Part shown: piece by piece, positions 51,058-62,712 of the stretch
Layout: each line of letters begins with the position of its first letter
Position numbering within the stretch: position 1 is the stretch's first letter
From: an uncultured Methylococcales bacterium
Lineage (GTDB): Bacteria; Pseudomonadota; Gammaproteobacteria; Methylococcales; Methylomonadaceae
NCBI GenBank assembly: GCA_963981505.1
Contig: CAXCEI010000003.1
Span: 8,373 to 72,372, forward strand
DNA length: 64,000 nucleotides
Reading direction: 5' to 3'
Notes under the pieces: generated by a model
What the model saw: the letters and a program-made list of their open reading frames with translations, nothing else
What the model was told of the DNA's origin: nothing
The model's database searches: none
Translations under genes and position numbers: made by a program

Positions 51058-53664
51058 ATGAGTAGTATTACAGTAAAAAACTTAGCTGAAGTTGTTGGTA
51101 TTCCTATTGATCGATTAATACTGCAATTGAAAGATGCTGGAATAAGTGTGAAGTCGGCTGATGAGTCATTAACCGAAGAACAGAAGTTTACTTTATTGGG
51201 GCATTTAAGGAAGCGTCATGGGAAATCTGATGATGAGAATTCTCCAAGTCGTGTCACCTTGAACCGAAAATCAGTCAGTAAATTAAAATTGGGGCAGGGT
51301 TCTGGAAAGTCAGATAAAACGGTTAGCATCGAAGTGCGTAAGAAAAAAACTTATGTGAAACGCAGTGAAGTGGATACAACTGAATTATTGGATGAGAAAG
51401 TTCAGGCTCAAAATGCGTTAGAGCAACAGCGTATTGAAATAGCGGCAGAAGAACACGCTCGATTAGAAAAAGATCGATTGCGAGTGGAGGAGCAGGTTCA
51501 ATTAGAAAAAGACCGACTCAAAGTCGAACAAATGAAAAAACAAGAAGCTGAAGAGCATCAGTTACATTTGGATTCTCAAGCGCATTTGAAGCACGAAGAA
51601 GAAAAACGCCGCCAAGAGGTGCTTAAGCAAAAAGCAGATCAAGAACGTTTGGTAGAGCAGGAAGATGCCAAAAGAAAATCAGAGCAGGAAGAGAAAAAAG
51701 CGAAAGAAGTCGAGTCGAAAAGAAATGATCCTGTTTCGAGTCCGGCTCGAAAGCCATCGAAGCCAACGCGTGTGGGTGCTAAAAAGGCGCCTGCTGTTAA
51801 AAGAGGTAAAGGCGGTGTTAAACGTCAAAAAGGCTCAGGGAAAAAACGCCAACAAGATGTTAACACATCAAATAATCAACATGGCTTCGAAAAGCCGACT
51901 GTTCTGATAGCAAAAGAAATTGCCATCCCTGAACATATTATTGTTTCTGAGTTAGCACAGCGGTTAAGTATTAAAGCGGCCGATGTTATTAAGCAAATGA
52001 TGAAACTTGGCACTATGGCTACGATCAATCAAAGTATCGATCAGGATACGGCGGTAATTATTGTGGAGGAGTTAGGGCATAAAGCCATTTTGCAGAATGA
52101 AGATGACATTGAGAATTCTGTTTTAGGTCTTGATGTTGAAGAGTTGCGTGAGAGTCACTCAAGAGCCCCCATCGTTACGATTATGGGTCATGTAGATCAT
52201 GGTAAAACCTCATTGCTTGATTATATAAGAAAATCTCGCGTCGCAGACGGAGAAGCCGGTGGCATAACGCAGCATATAGGGGCCTATCAAGTCGTCACTG
52301 ATCATGGTGCTGTGACCTTTCTTGATACACCCGGGCATGCGGCTTTTACTGCCATGCGTGCAAGAGGTGCGCAAGTGACTGATGTGGTCATTATTGTTGT
52401 CGCTGCAGATGATGGGGTTATGCCGCAAACTAAAGAAGCTGTTGAGCATGCTAAAGCGGCTGAAGTTCCTATTATTGTTGCGATTAATAAAATGGATAAA
52501 CCTGCTGCTGACCCGCAACGTGTTATGCAGGAATTAGCCACGATTGATGTTGTTCCTGAGGATTGGGGCGGTACGGTTCAGTTTATTCAGGTATCTGCCA
52601 AGACCGGTGAGGGTGTAGACAATCTGATAGAGGCATTAATATTGCAATCTGAAATTCTCGAGCTTGCAGCGCCGGTTGAAGGGGTTGCGTCCGGGTTTGC
52701 CATTGAGGCTCGTTTAGACAAAGGACGGGGTCCGGTAGCGACTGTACTGGTACAAAAAGGAACCCTTGAAAAAGGACAGATTGTTTTATGTGGCAGCGAG
52801 TATGGCCGGGTTAGGAATATGCATGATGAATCGGGTAAAGTGATCAAGTCAGCGGGACCTTCGGTTCCTGTTGAAATTGTAGGCTTGTCAGGAGCACCGA
52901 CTGCCGGTGAACACTTTATCGTCGTCACGAATGAAAAATCTGCGCGTGAATTATCAGAGCATCGTGCCGAAAAATTAAAATCTAATAAACTGGCAGCTCA
53001 ACAAGCTGCAAAATTAGATGAGGTCTTTTCTCGGATGGCGGCAGGCGATACGACGACCTTAAATTTGGTTATTAAGGCAGATGTGCATGGTAGTTTGGAG
53101 GCATTAAAAGAGTCGCTCACTAAGCTATCAAATGATGAGGTAAAAGTTAAAGTTGTCTATGGCGGTGTGGGTGGTATTAATGAAGGAGATGCGAATTTAG
53201 CATTGGCTTCTGATGCTATCGTTATTGGTTTTAATGTTCGTGCAGATGCAACCGCACGTAAACTCATTGCTGATAAAGGGATCGATCTTCATTATTACAG
53301 CATAATTTATGATGTCATTGATGAAGTTAAGAAATCTATCAGTGGATTATTATCGCCAGAAATTAAAGAGCAGATTGTGGGTATTGCTGAAGTTAGAGAT
53401 GTTTTCCGCTCACCTAAGTTAGGTGCCATTGCCGGTTGCATGGTTATTGAGGGGTTTGTTCGACGTAATTTGCCTATCCGAGTCTTACGCGAGAATATTG
53501 TGATTTATGAAGGTCAATTAGAATCATTGCGTCGATTTAAAGATGACATACAAGAAGTAAAATCAGGCATGGAATGTGGTATTGGTGTCAAAAACTATAA
53601 TGATATTAAAAATAATGATTACATCGAAGTTTTTGAACGCATCGAAGTTAGACGTGAGATCTAA
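51058..53664 (+). CDS. infB: translation initiation factor IF-2
   Basis: 868 aa. It has a charged Lys/Glu-rich N-terminal region and the GTPase motifs [14 protein letters not shown] and NKMD. Confidence 0.97.
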   Translation: MSSITVKNLAEVVGIPIDRLILQLKDAGISVKSADESLTEEQKFTLLGHLRKRHGKSDDENSPSRVTLNRKSVSKLKLGQGSGKSDKTVSIEVRKKKTYVKRSEVDTTELLDEKVQAQNALEQQRIEIAAEEHARLEKDRLRVEEQVQLEKDRLKVEQMKKQEAEEHQLHLDSQAHLKHEEEKRRQEVLKQKADQERLVEQEDAKRKSEQEEKKAKEVESKRNDPVSSPARKPSKPTRVGAKKAPAVKRGKGGVKRQKGSGKKRQQDVNTSNNQHGFEKPTVLIAKEIAIPEHIIVSELAQRLSIKAADVIKQMMKLGTMATINQSIDQDTAVIIVEELGHKAILQNEDDIENSVLGLDVEELRESHSRAPIVTIMGHVDHGKTSLLDYIRKSRVADGEAGGITQHIGAYQVVTDHGAVTFLDTPGHAAFTAMRARGAQVTDVVIIVVAADDGVMPQTKEAVEHAKAAEVPIIVAINKMDKPAADPQRVMQELATIDVVPEDWGGTVQFIQVSAKTGEGVDNLIEALILQSEILELAAPVEGVASGFAIEARLDKGRGPVATVLVQKGTLEKGQIVLCGSEYGRVRNMHDESGKVIKSAGPSVPVEIVGLSGAPTAGEHFIVVTNEKSARELSEHRAEKLKSNKLAAQQAAKLDEVFSRMAAGDTTTLNLVIKADVHGSLEALKESLTKLSNDEVKVKVVYGGVGGINEGDANLALASDAIVIGFNVRADATARKLIADKGIDLHYYSIIYDVIDEVKKSISGLLSPEIKEQIVGIAEVRDVFRSPKLGAIAGCMVIEGFVRRNLPIRVLRENIVIYEGQLESLRRFKDDIQEVKSGMECGIGVKNYNDIKNNDYIEVFERIEVRREI

Positions 53665-53669
53665 GTTAA

Positions 53670-54032
53670 ATGGCTAGAGAGTTTACGCGTAATGCTAGGG
53701 TTTCATCACAGTTACACAAGGAATTGGCCGTTGTGATGCAAACGGTGATGAAAGACCCACGGTTGGGGTTTGTGACGGTGAGTGACGTTGAAGTCAGCAG
53801 AGACCTCGCAATTGCTAAAATTTATGTATCGCTGTTCGATACCGATGCTAAAGAAGTTGCAGAAAAAATGGCTATTTTAGCGGAGGCGGCTAACTATATC
53901 CGTCTGGAAGTAGGTAAAAGAATGAAAATGCGCAGAGTGCCGCATTTTAAGTTTTTTTATGATGATGCGCTAGAAACCGGAATGCGAATTTCTAAATTAT
54001 TAGATGGCAGTGATACCGAAGGGGTAGAGTAA
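53670..54032 (+). CDS. rbfA: 30S ribosome-binding factor RbfA
   Basis: 120 aa. It is RbfA-like (VTVSDVEVSRDLAIAKIY) and follows the conserved gene order. Confidence 0.93.
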   Translation: MAREFTRNARVSSQLHKELAVVMQTVMKDPRLGFVTVSDVEVSRDLAIAKIYVSLFDTDAKEVAEKMAILAEAANYIRLEVGKRMKMRRVPHFKFFYDDALETGMRISKLLDGSDTEGVE

Positions 54033-54037
54033 CCCCC

Positions 54038-54946
54038 ATGGGAAGACGGCGTAAATCTGGTTTGAATGTACATGGGGTGATTCTGTTAGATAAATCTTCT
54101 GGGCTTTCATCTAATGGTGCATTGCAAGACGTCAGGCGGTTGTTTAATGCCAATAAAGCCGGTCACACGGGTAGCTTGGATCCATTGGCAACCGGTGTTT
54201 TGCCGCTGTGTTTGGGAGAGGCAACTAAAGTTTGTTCTTTTTTATTGAATACGGATAAGCGTTATCAGGCAACGTTATTATTAGGTGTTACGACTGACAG
54301 CGGTGATACAGAAGGTAAGGTATTAAGCACGTCAGAAGTACCCGATTTATCAGTTGAAGAGATAGAACATTGTTTGTCGGTTTTCAAAGGTAATATTAGC
54401 CAAGTACCACCGATGTATTCTGCTTTAAAACACCAAGGTAAGCGATTGTATGAATTGGCCAGAGAAGGGAAAGTGGTTGATAGAAAGCCACGGGAAGTAG
54501 CTATTCATCAGTTAGATTTGTTATCATTCAACTCTAATAAATTAGTCTTGGATGTGCGGTGCTCTAAAGGAACTTATATTAGAAGTCTAGCTGAAGACAT
54601 TGGGCGTAAATTGGGTTGTGGAGCAACTATTTCACAATTACGGCGACTGGCTGTTGGACATTTACACCTTGACCGTTGTTTTACCATTGAGCAATTAAGT
54701 TTGTTTAAACAAAAGGATGAATTAGAACGGTGTTTAATTCCTGCCGATGAGATTTTATCAGATTGGCCGGAAATTGCATTGGATACTAGGCAATGTCAAT
54801 CTATTCAAAATGGTCAGCCGATTGTGTTGCCTGCGAACGATTCACAGGGTTTAGTGAGAATGTATTCAGAGGACTTATTTGTTGGTATTGGGCAACTCAT
54901 ACCAGCGGGACAATTAATACCTAAACGATTATTTAATTTTAATTGA
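54038..54946 (+). CDS. truB: tRNA pseudouridine(55) synthase
   Basis: 302 aa with the catalytic Asp motif GHTGSLDPLATG. Confidence 0.94.
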   Translation: MGRRRKSGLNVHGVILLDKSSGLSSNGALQDVRRLFNANKAGHTGSLDPLATGVLPLCLGEATKVCSFLLNTDKRYQATLLLGVTTDSGDTEGKVLSTSEVPDLSVEEIEHCLSVFKGNISQVPPMYSALKHQGKRLYELAREGKVVDRKPREVAIHQLDLLSFNSNKLVLDVRCSKGTYIRSLAEDIGRKLGCGATISQLRRLAVGHLHLDRCFTIEQLSLFKQKDELERCLIPADEILSDWPEIALDTRQCQSIQNGQPIVLPANDSQGLVRMYSEDLFVGIGQLIPAGQLIPKRLFNFN

Positions 54947-55180
54947 TTTTTTAGGTGCATCAAGCGACTAGCAGTTTGATGCAATTAGATCTTTCAGGTA
55001 TTTATACTGGTATTAATTGACGGTATTTATATGTCTGAGTTTTTTCATTGTTTCTGCGCCCTATTGCGGAAAACAATGAAGTTTGAGGGGTGTCTTGTGT
55101 GTAGTGCGGTGCATTAAGTATCGGCGCTTTGCATATAAGACCTTATTATTAATAAATTAACCATATAGGGGTTATAAAAA

Positions 55181-55450
55181 ATGCCATTTACAACAGAACA
55201 AAAACAAGCAGTCATTGCAGATTACCAATTGACATCTACGGACACAGGATCACCTGAGGTTCAAATTGCCTTATTAACAGCGCATATTACTCATTTGTCG
55301 ACTCATTTTGAGGCGCATAAAAAAGACAATCACTCGCGCCGTGGCTTATTGCGTATGGTTAATCAGCGTCGTAAATTACTGGATTATATTAAGCGAAAAG
55401 ATATTGCGCGTTATCGTTCATTGATTGAGCGATTGGGTTTAAGAAAATAA
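55181..55450 (+). CDS. rpsO: 30S ribosomal protein S15
   Basis: 89 aa with [11 protein letters not shown] and [12 protein letters not shown] motifs. Confidence 0.96.
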   Translation: MPFTTEQKQAVIADYQLTSTDTGSPEVQIALLTAHITHLSTHFEAHKKDNHSRRGLLRMVNQRRKLLDYIKRKDIARYRSLIERLGLRK

Positions 55451-55509
55451 GTAAAGTTTAAGAACGGAATTTGTTTTCAAATACTCTCAAAATTTAGAGG
55501 AAAATTATA

Positions 55510-57582
55510 GTGACTCATATTCGTAAAGAATTTCAGTATGGCGGAAAAACTGTCAGTATTGAAACAGGGGAAATAGCACGTCAAGCAGATGGTGCCGTGC
55601 TAATTGATATTGAAGGGACATCGCTTTTAGTGACCGTTGTGGAAAAAGACGGGCCGGTTGGTGCTGATTTTTTCCCATTGACCGTTAATTATCAGGAAAA
55701 AAGTTATGCAGCGGGTAAGATCCCTGGCGGTTTTTTTAAGCGAGAAGGTCGGCCTTCTGAGCAGGAAACGTTATTGTGTCGATTGATTGATCGACCGGTT
55801 CGTCCCATGTTTCCAAAAGGCTTTACTCATGAGGTTCAAATTATTGCGACAGTCATGTCACTTAATCCTGAAATTGGGACAGAGGTTCCTGCACTGTTAG
55901 GTGCATCTGCAGCCTTATCGATTTCAGGCTTACCTTTCAATGGCCCTATATCAGCGGCATTGGTGGGTTATAACAACGGCGATTATATATTAAACCCAAC
56001 GAAGAGTGAGTTAGAAGAATCACAGTTGGAATTAGTGGTTGCAGGTACTGATCAAGCTGTTTTAATGGTTGAGTCTGAAGCTGAATTATTAAGCGAAGAA
56101 ATCATGTTAGGCGCGGTCATGTTTGGTCATGAGCAAATGCAAGTGGCAATTGCAGCCATCAGTGAATTAGCTCAGGAAGTTAATAAGCCGGCTATGGACT
56201 GGACTGCACCGGTTAAAGACGAAACGTTGGCAGCTCAGGTTGCCAGTGAAGTTGAAGCCGCAATCAGTGATGCGTATAAAATACCTGAAAAATTAAGTCG
56301 TCAAAATCAACTCAAAGTAGTTAGAAATGAGTTGATTGAAAAGTTAACTGAAGATGATGCGTATGATGCATCAGCCGTTCGGGGCGCTTTTGAAAGTCTT
56401 GAAAAAAGGGTGGTCAGAGACTACGTGTTATCAACTCAAAGCCGTATTGATGGCCGTGATTTAAGTACCGTTCGCCCTATTACGGTTCGTACCGGTGTTC
56501 TGCCAAGAACGCATGGTTCTTCCTTATTTACTCGAGGTGAAACGCAAGCCATTGTCGTTGCAACCTTGGGAACGGGGCGTGATGCGCAAATTATTGATTC
56601 TATAAGTGGCGAGCGTAAAGATAATTTTATGCTGCATTATAACTTTCCTCCTTTTTGTGTGGGAGAGACGGGTTTTGTCGGAACACCCAAGCGTCGAGAA
56701 ATTGGCCATGGTCGTTTAGCGAAGCGGGGTGTTTTAGCGGTTGTTCCAAGCATTGATGATTTTCCGTATGTTATTCGTGTTGTTTCAGAGATCACAGAGT
56801 CAAATGGTTCAAGTTCAATGGCCTCGGTTTGTGGTACCAGCTTGGCACTTATGGACGCTGGGGTGCCTATCAAAACACCGGTTGCCGGAATAGCAATGGG
56901 CTTAATCAAGGAAGGTGATGATTTTGCTGTATTGTCAGATATTATGGGTGACGAAGATCATTTAGGCGATATGGATTTTAAAGTTGCAGGTTCGGAAGAA
57001 GGTATTACGGCACTGCAAATGGATATTAAGATTGATGGCATCACTAATGAAATTATGGAAACGGCTTTGGCTCAAGCTAAAGAAGGCCGGCTTCATATTC
57101 TCGATAGAATGAATGATTCGCTTTCTGAAACCCGCGAAGAAATGTCAGATTACGCGCCTAGAATTATTTCATTTAAGATTGATCCCAGTAAAATCCGTGA
57201 TGTTATCGGTAAAGGGGGCGCGACGATTCGCAGCTTAACTGAGAAAACGGGGGCAAGTATTGACTTAACGGACGATGGTATTGTTAAAGTAGCATCTGTT
57301 GATAAGGGTGCTGGTGAAGAAGCCAAACGATTAATTGAAGAAATAACTGCTGAAGTTGAAGTGGGTAAAATCTATGAAGGAAAAGTGGCTAGGCTAATGG
57401 ACTTTGGTGCTTTTGTGACTATTTTGCCTGGAAAAGATGGCTTAGTACATATTTCTCAAATATCAGCCGAGCATGTCGAAAAGGTCAGTGATAAGTTGGC
57501 TGAGGGCGATGTGGTAAAAGTTAAGGTTCTAGAGATTGATAGACAAGGACGGGTTAGATTAAGCATGAAGGAAATTGATTGA
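55510..57582 (+). CDS. pnp: polyribonucleotide nucleotidyltransferase (PNPase)
   Basis: 690 aa with a GTG start after a GAGG Shine-Dalgarno. It has two RNase PH domains, a KH domain (IGKGGATIR) and an S1 domain. Confidence 0.96.
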   Translation: MTHIRKEFQYGGKTVSIETGEIARQADGAVLIDIEGTSLLVTVVEKDGPVGADFFPLTVNYQEKSYAAGKIPGGFFKREGRPSEQETLLCRLIDRPVRPMFPKGFTHEVQIIATVMSLNPEIGTEVPALLGASAALSISGLPFNGPISAALVGYNNGDYILNPTKSELEESQLELVVAGTDQAVLMVESEAELLSEEIMLGAVMFGHEQMQVAIAAISELAQEVNKPAMDWTAPVKDETLAAQVASEVEAAISDAYKIPEKLSRQNQLKVVRNELIEKLTEDDAYDASAVRGAFESLEKRVVRDYVLSTQSRIDGRDLSTVRPITVRTGVLPRTHGSSLFTRGETQAIVVATLGTGRDAQIIDSISGERKDNFMLHYNFPPFCVGETGFVGTPKRREIGHGRLAKRGVLAVVPSIDDFPYVIRVVSEITESNGSSSMASVCGTSLALMDAGVPIKTPVAGIAMGLIKEGDDFAVLSDIMGDEDHLGDMDFKVAGSEEGITALQMDIKIDGITNEIMETALAQAKEGRLHILDRMNDSLSETREEMSDYAPRIISFKIDPSKIRDVIGKGGATIRSLTEKTGASIDLTDDGIVKVASVDKGAGEEAKRLIEEITAEVEVGKIYEGKVARLMDFGAFVTILPGKDGLVHISQISAEHVEKVSDKLAEGDVVKVKVLEIDRQGRVRLSMKEID

Positions 57583-57609
57583 TAGACTAATCAAATCTTA
57601 ATCTAAGAG

Positions 57610-57637
57610 AAAAGGGTCCGTAAGGACCCTTTTTTTT
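57610..57637. terminator. rho-independent terminator shared by convergent pnp and xoxJ
   Basis: The sequence is AAAA-GGGTCC-gtaa-GGACCC-T8. Confidence 0.85.
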
Positions 57638-57652
57638 GCCCTTTAATTGTGA

Positions 57653-58501
57653 TTAATCATCATCTCTGGGTATATATTTTGGGATCGGTAGCAATGGTAT
57701 ATGATAGGATTGAATAATATCTTGTATTGTTTGGGCATTTTCATCAATTAGTTTTTCTAGTCGTTCTTTTCTTATCTTATCGCCATAGCGAACTGCCATT
57801 GAGATAGAAAAATCAAACTTCATGCCTGTATTTGATTTCAGTGGTATGACGTTGTAATTGTTGGTGCCACCGTTTCCTAACACATAGCCTGCCATCGGCC
57901 CCCATAAGATAACCATATCAATTTTACCGGCACGTAAGTCTTTATTAATCATCATGGCAGTATTGTTTTCATTGTCACCGGTCATGGTTTGATAGGGAAT
58001 TCCCTGATCGATTAAGCCATTTCGATGAAGCCAAGTCGTTCCAGGTCCTCTGTCAAACATGGCGATTTTGAGATTATCAAGTCGTTTTTCAGCAGCATCT
58101 GCGAGTTCGGAGGGAGATGTTATGTCGTCCCATCCACGGCCCTTGGCAATCACCAGAACATAACTGGAGTGGTAGTAAGGTTTCGTGGTTAGGGCAAGGT
58201 CGTAGCCTGTTGGTACGCCCATAACAACATTACATTTATAACCTTTATTGTCAGCCAGCGGAGCGCGCAGAGTATTTCTTATAAAACCAATCCGTTGTGG
58301 AAACCAGGTGAACTCAAGGGGTAAATTTAATTGTTTGGCAAAAACAGCTGCAATGTCATTTTCAAAGCCGCTGCCATCTTTTAATGAGTAAGGAGGATGA
58401 AGTGGGTCGGCGCATACTTTAAAGGCATCGTTGGCAAGCACAGCGCTGCTAAAGAGTAGGGTGCAGCATAAAGAGGTAATAGCAAAAAGGGACTGGGTCA
58501 T
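57653..58501 (-). CDS. xoxJ: quinoprotein-dehydrogenase-associated periplasmic solute-binding protein (XoxJ/MxaJ-like)
   Basis: 282 aa. It has a signal peptide and a type-2 periplasmic binding fold (FKVCADPLHPPYSLKDGSGFENDIAA). It lies immediately downstream of xoxF. Confidence 0.75.
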   Translation of the reverse strand: MTQSLFAITSLCCTLLFSSAVLANDAFKVCADPLHPPYSLKDGSGFENDIAAVFAKQLNLPLEFTWFPQRIGFIRNTLRAPLADNKGYKCNVVMGVPTGYDLALTTKPYYHSSYVLVIAKGRGWDDITSPSELADAAEKRLDNLKIAMFDRGPGTTWLHRNGLIDQGIPYQTMTGDNENNTAMMINKDLRAGKIDMVILWGPMAGYVLGNGGTNNYNVIPLKSNTGMKFDFSISMAVRYGDKIRKERLEKLIDENAQTIQDIIQSYHIPLLPIPKYIPRDDD

Positions 58502-58546
58502 GGGGTTTCTCTTAAAAGAAAAAAGAAGATGTAAGATTCAGTAGAT

Positions 58547-58584
58547 AAAAAAAAGCCCCAGCTGAAAGATCAGCTAGGGCTTTT
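58547..58584 (-). terminator. strong rho-independent terminator between xoxF and xoxJ
   Basis: On the minus strand a 10-bp stem (one mismatch) at 58580..58555 is followed by a T8 run (58554..58547). It lies 36 nt after the xoxF stop and 45 nt before the xoxJ start. Confidence 0.8.
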
Positions 58585-58619
58585 AAGATGTACCAAAAAG
58601 TTATTTTATAGCAATAACT

Positions 58620-60479
58620 TTAGTGGTGACCTGGAAGAGCGAAAACCGTGAAAACGCCGCCCAGTTTAGTGTAAGCACTTAGGCTTCTGTAGGCGCCAAC
58701 AGCACCTAAGCCTTCAGTGTTAGTAGCGTCAGTACCATCATCGATCCCAGCCGCCATACCGATACCGGCCCAGCCACCTACGCCAGAGAGAACGCCAACA
58801 TATTGCTTGCCTCTGAAGCTCCAAGTGTTTACGTTGCCGATAATGCCTGAAGGTGTTTTGAATTTATACAATTCACGACCTGTTTTAGCATCAACCGCTT
58901 TCAGATAGCCTTCTAATGTTCCGTAGAAAACTAACCCACCAGCCGTTGCAACAGAACCCGACCAAACTGAGAATGGTTCGTCGTTAGACCAAACAATTTC
59001 ACCGGTTGTAGCATCCCATGCAGTGAAAACACCTAAGTTAGTTGAACCGTTTTTGCGACCGTTAGTTGCATCAACCCCTGCAGGGTACATGCTTAAGGTA
59101 GCACCTACGTACGGTTGGCCTGCAGTGTAACTGACTTCAAATGGCTCGTAGTCCATACATACGTGGTTACCAGAGATATAGAAGAAACCAGTTTGCGGTG
59201 AATAAGAAACCGGTTGTTGGTTTTTACTCCCCAGAGCCGCTGGACAAACACCGGTAGTGTTTTCATCTTCACCATGAAATTCAGTACTGAATTCATCAAC
59301 AACTGTTGGGCGACCTGTATGCATATCAACTTCAGAAACCCAATTGACGGCTTTGTCAAAAGTTTCAGCAACCAGTAATTCACCGGTCACACGGTCTAAG
59401 GTGTAGCCGATGCCATTTCTGTCAAAATGAACGATAGTTTTGCGCATTTTACCGTTGATTTTTTGATCAACTAATGGCACTTCATTAATACCGTCAAAAT
59501 CCCACTCATCATGTGGAGTCATTTGGTAAACCCATTTCACTTCACCGGTATCCGCGTCACGTGCCCAAAGAGACATTGACCATTTATTGTCACCCGGACG
59601 TTGAACAGGGTTCCATGTGGATGGGTTACCTGATCCATAATAAACGAGGTTTAATTTAGGGTCGTAACTGTACCAGCCCCACGTAGTTCCGCCGCCTATT
59701 TTCCATTGATCGCCTTCCCAGGTTTTTGTGCTTGAGTTAGCGCCAACTTTAGTGACTTTACCGTTTGCCCAGGTAGTGGTAGAGCTTGAGTTAATTAATG
59801 TGTCCGAATCAGGACCCATGCTGTAACCTTTCCAAGCTAACTGCCCGGTGTTGATATCATATGCCGCTAAAAAGCCACGAACACCGAATTCTCCGCCTGA
59901 AATACCTGTTATAACTTTGTCGTTCACAACAATAGGGGAGTTGGTGTTGGTCATGCCTAATTTAGGATCGCCGTTTTGTACGCTCCAAATCCGCTTACCT
60001 GTTTTGGCATCAAGTGCAGTTAAAACAGTATCTGATTGTTGTAAAAAGATTTTACCGTCACCGTAAGCCAAGCCACGGTTAACAGTGTCACAACACATCA
60101 CAGGGATGGTTACATCTGCATCTTGTTTAGGGGTGTATTCCCAAATAACCGATTGCGATGCTTGATCAAGAGCGTAAACAGTGTTAGGAAAAGGTGTGTG
60201 AATGTAAACGGTATCGTTAACAACGATTGGACCGCCTTCATGACCACGTAGAACCCCTGTTGAAAAAGTCCAAGCAGGTTGCAGTTCGCTAACGTTATCT
60301 TTGTTTATTTGGTTGAGCTTACTATAACGAGTTCCGTGATAATCACCTCCCCACATAGACCAGTTTTTTGCGTCTTTTGAGAGTCGATCCAAGTTACTGT
60401 TAGCAGTTGAAATCGCAGGCGCAGCTAAACAAGTAGCGACAGTTGTTGCGATCAGCCAGCTTTTAACAGGCATTTTCAT
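58620..60479 (-). CDS. xoxF: PQQ-dependent methanol dehydrogenase, XoxF (lanthanide-dependent) type
   Basis: 619 aa. It has a signal peptide, [13 protein letters not shown], the vicinal Cys pair VMCCDT, and the motif [12 protein letters not shown]. In that motif the second Asp (codon 329, nt 59493..59495) occupies the position that is Asp in XoxF and Ala in calcium-type MxaF. Confidence 0.88.
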   Translation of the reverse strand: MKMPVKSWLIATTVATCLAAPAISTANSNLDRLSKDAKNWSMWGGDYHGTRYSKLNQINKDNVSELQPAWTFSTGVLRGHEGGPIVVNDTVYIHTPFPNTVYALDQASQSVIWEYTPKQDADVTIPVMCCDTVNRGLAYGDGKIFLQQSDTVLTALDAKTGKRIWSVQNGDPKLGMTNTNSPIVVNDKVITGISGGEFGVRGFLAAYDINTGQLAWKGYSMGPDSDTLINSSSTTTWANGKVTKVGANSSTKTWEGDQWKIGGGTTWGWYSYDPKLNLVYYGSGNPSTWNPVQRPGDNKWSMSLWARDADTGEVKWVYQMTPHDEWDFDGINEVPLVDQKINGKMRKTIVHFDRNGIGYTLDRVTGELLVAETFDKAVNWVSEVDMHTGRPTVVDEFSTEFHGEDENTTGVCPAALGSKNQQPVSYSPQTGFFYISGNHVCMDYEPFEVSYTAGQPYVGATLSMYPAGVDATNGRKNGSTNLGVFTAWDATTGEIVWSNDEPFSVWSGSVATAGGLVFYGTLEGYLKAVDAKTGRELYKFKTPSGIIGNVNTWSFRGKQYVGVLSGVGGWAGIGMAAGIDDGTDATNTEGLGAVGAYRSLSAYTKLGGVFTVFALPGHH

Positions 60480-60795
60480 AAAGTTTCCTCCAAGTAGTCT
60501 GTCGTAATGGCAGAGTACAGTTAATTTTCTAAGACTAAATTTAGTTTTAAGTTTAAGCTGGATGATTTTTTGAGATTAAAATTCGGTCAACCATTCCAAG
60601 TGCTTAAATTGAATGATTTTGACCAAAAAGTCAATATTAAATAGGTCTAGCACTGATATTTTATTTGGAATGTTAACAATGGCTGCGGTTCTATATTCTT
60701 CTTATTTACTATTTTTCTTGGGCTATTAAAATGTAAGTCTTCATTATTGTTAGGAAAGTTGTTTTATTTATCAATTTTTTAAGGAGTGTGTCGTT

Positions 60796-62712
60796 TTGAT
60801 CAACTTGGATCATTTTTTTTCTACTGATGGTGCGTTAAGTGAGAAGGTTCCTGATTATGAACCAAGAGTAGAGCAATTGGAGATGGCTACTGCTATTTAT
60901 CAGGCCATTGACAATGAAAAGCATCTGGTCGCCGAAGCGGGCACAGGGACCGGTAAAACGTTTGCATATTTAGTGGCTGTTATTGCTGCGGGGAAAAAAG
61001 CAGTTATTTCGACAGGTACCAAGAACTTGCAAGATCAACTTTTTTTTAAAGATATTGCTATGCTTAGACAGGTGGTGGCGGTACCTTTTAGTGCTTGTTT
61101 GCTTAAAGGACGCAGTAATTATTTATGTCTTTATAGGCTGCGGAGTGCGCTCAATAGTCATTCATCTAACGCTGCAGACAAAGCACAACTGATAGCGATT
61201 AAAGACTGGTCATTACAAACAGTGTCGGGGGATATTACCCAAATGGAGACTGTTTCAGAGTCAGCACCCGTTTGGTTTCAGGCGACCTCAACCGCCGATA
61301 ATTGTTTGGGGAAAGAGTGTCCTGATTATCATGGCTGTCATTTAACCAAAGCACGGAAAATGGCGAAAGAGGCTGATATTACCGTTGTTAATCATCATTT
61401 ACTCTGCGCTGATTGGAGTGTACGGGATACTGGGTTTGGTGAGTTGTTGCCGGATGCTGATGTGATCGTGATAGACGAAGCGCATCAGTTTGCTAAGATT
61501 GCAAGTGGTTTTTTAGGCAATACAGTTAGTGGTAATCAAATTAATGATTTAGCGCAATCGACGATAGCCGAGAGTATTAATTTTGCAATTGATATGCCGG
61601 GTTTGCGGGCCTGTGCTGAAGTTGTTTTAAGTGCAGTCAAAGCATTAAGAATGGCGCTAGGGATTGAGTTAAAAAGAGGCGCTTGGACAGATTTGGAAAC
61701 AGACCCCAACGTTTGGTCGGCATTAAATCAACTCTTAACCGTTTTAAGTGACCTTGCGACACAGTTGTCAGGGGTGGCAGAATCCAGTAAAGGTCTTGGT
61801 TTGTGTTATAAGCGCTCTGAACAATTGATTGAGAATCTCGAAATTTTATTGCAGTCTGAGGGTGCGTTATGGATTCGTTGGTATGAGATTTATAAGAAAA
61901 CTTTTACGTTGTCGCGTACACCGGTTAATATAGCCGACGATTTTCAGTCTTTTATGCGCCAACATGGGCGAACGTGGATTTTTACGTCAGCGACATTAAG
62001 TGTAGGGAAGAAATTTGACTATTTTCTGAACGGTCTTGGTTTAGTGGGCGTTGAGTCGCATTATTGGGAGAGTCCGTTTAATTACCCTACTCAGTCTTTA
62101 TTTTATCACCCTAAAGGGATTTCTCAGCCAAATTCTGCTGATTTTATTGATTCTATTGTAAAATATGCGCAGCCGGTCATAGTCGCAAGCCAAGGACGTG
62201 CTTTTTTTTTATTTACCAGTCATGCGACGATGCGGTCAGTAGCGAAGCGATTGGAAGGGGAGGTTGAATTTCCATTGTTAGTTCAAGGAACCCGTTCAAA
62301 ATCTTATTTATTGCAACGATTTAAACAGTCTGGCAATGCAGTATTGCTAGGTACATCAAGTTTTTGGGAGGGTGTTGACGTTAGAGGAGAAGCGTTGTCT
62401 TGTGTCATTATTGATAAACTACCTTTTGAGGCGCCTAATGACCCAGTGCTTAAAGCGCGTTTAAAGGTCATGGAGCAATCTGGGGACAATCCCTTCAGTA
62501 AGCATCAGTTGCCTGAAGCGGTCATTTCTTTGCGGCAGGGGGTAGGGCGATTGATTCGTGATAGTCAGGATCGGGGTGTATTAATGATATGTGATCCGCG
62601 ATTATTGAAACGCTCTTATGGGCGTGTTTTTTTAGACAGTTTACCGAGTATGGCACGGACACGTGATATCGAAGATGTTAGAGATTTTTTTAAGCAGGAT
62701 GATTCATTATGA
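60796..62712 (+). CDS. yoaA: ATP-dependent DNA helicase, DinG/YoaA (Rad3/XPD-like) family
   Basis: 638 aa. It has Walker A AGTGTGKT, the DEAH box VIDEAHQ, and an Fe-S-type Cys cluster region (C..C..C..C between aa ~100-180). A TTG start lies 8 nt after AAGGAG. Confidence 0.8.
   Translation: MINLDHFFSTDGALSEKVPDYEPRVEQLEMATAIYQAIDNEKHLVAEAGTGTGKTFAYLVAVIAAGKKAVISTGTKNLQDQLFFKDIAMLRQVVAVPFSACLLKGRSNYLCLYRLRSALNSHSSNAADKAQLIAIKDWSLQTVSGDITQMETVSESAPVWFQATSTADNCLGKECPDYHGCHLTKARKMAKEADITVVNHHLLCADWSVRDTGFGELLPDADVIVIDEAHQFAKIASGFLGNTVSGNQINDLAQSTIAESINFAIDMPGLRACAEVVLSAVKALRMALGIELKRGAWTDLETDPNVWSALNQLLTVLSDLATQLSGVAESSKGLGLCYKRSEQLIENLEILLQSEGALWIRWYEIYKKTFTLSRTPVNIADDFQSFMRQHGRTWIFTSATLSVGKKFDYFLNGLGLVGVESHYWESPFNYPTQSLFYHPKGISQPNSADFIDSIVKYAQPVIVASQGRAFFLFTSHATMRSVAKRLEGEVEFPLLVQGTRSKSYLLQRFKQSGNAVLLGTSSFWEGVDVRGEALSCVIIDKLPFEAPNDPVLKARLKVMEQSGDNPFSKHQLPEAVISLRQGVGRLIRDSQDRGVLMICDPRLLKRSYGRVFLDSLPSMARTRDIEDVRDFFKQDDSL

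Noticed and set aside
55031-55117. 28-codon Cys-rich ORF (MSEFFHCFCALLRKTMKFEGCLVCSAVH) in the truB-rpsO intergenic region
   Set aside because: It has no Shine-Dalgarno sequence in front and a length typical of chance ORFs. The region more likely holds the rpsO promoter and leader. It cannot be supported without ribosome profiling or conservation.
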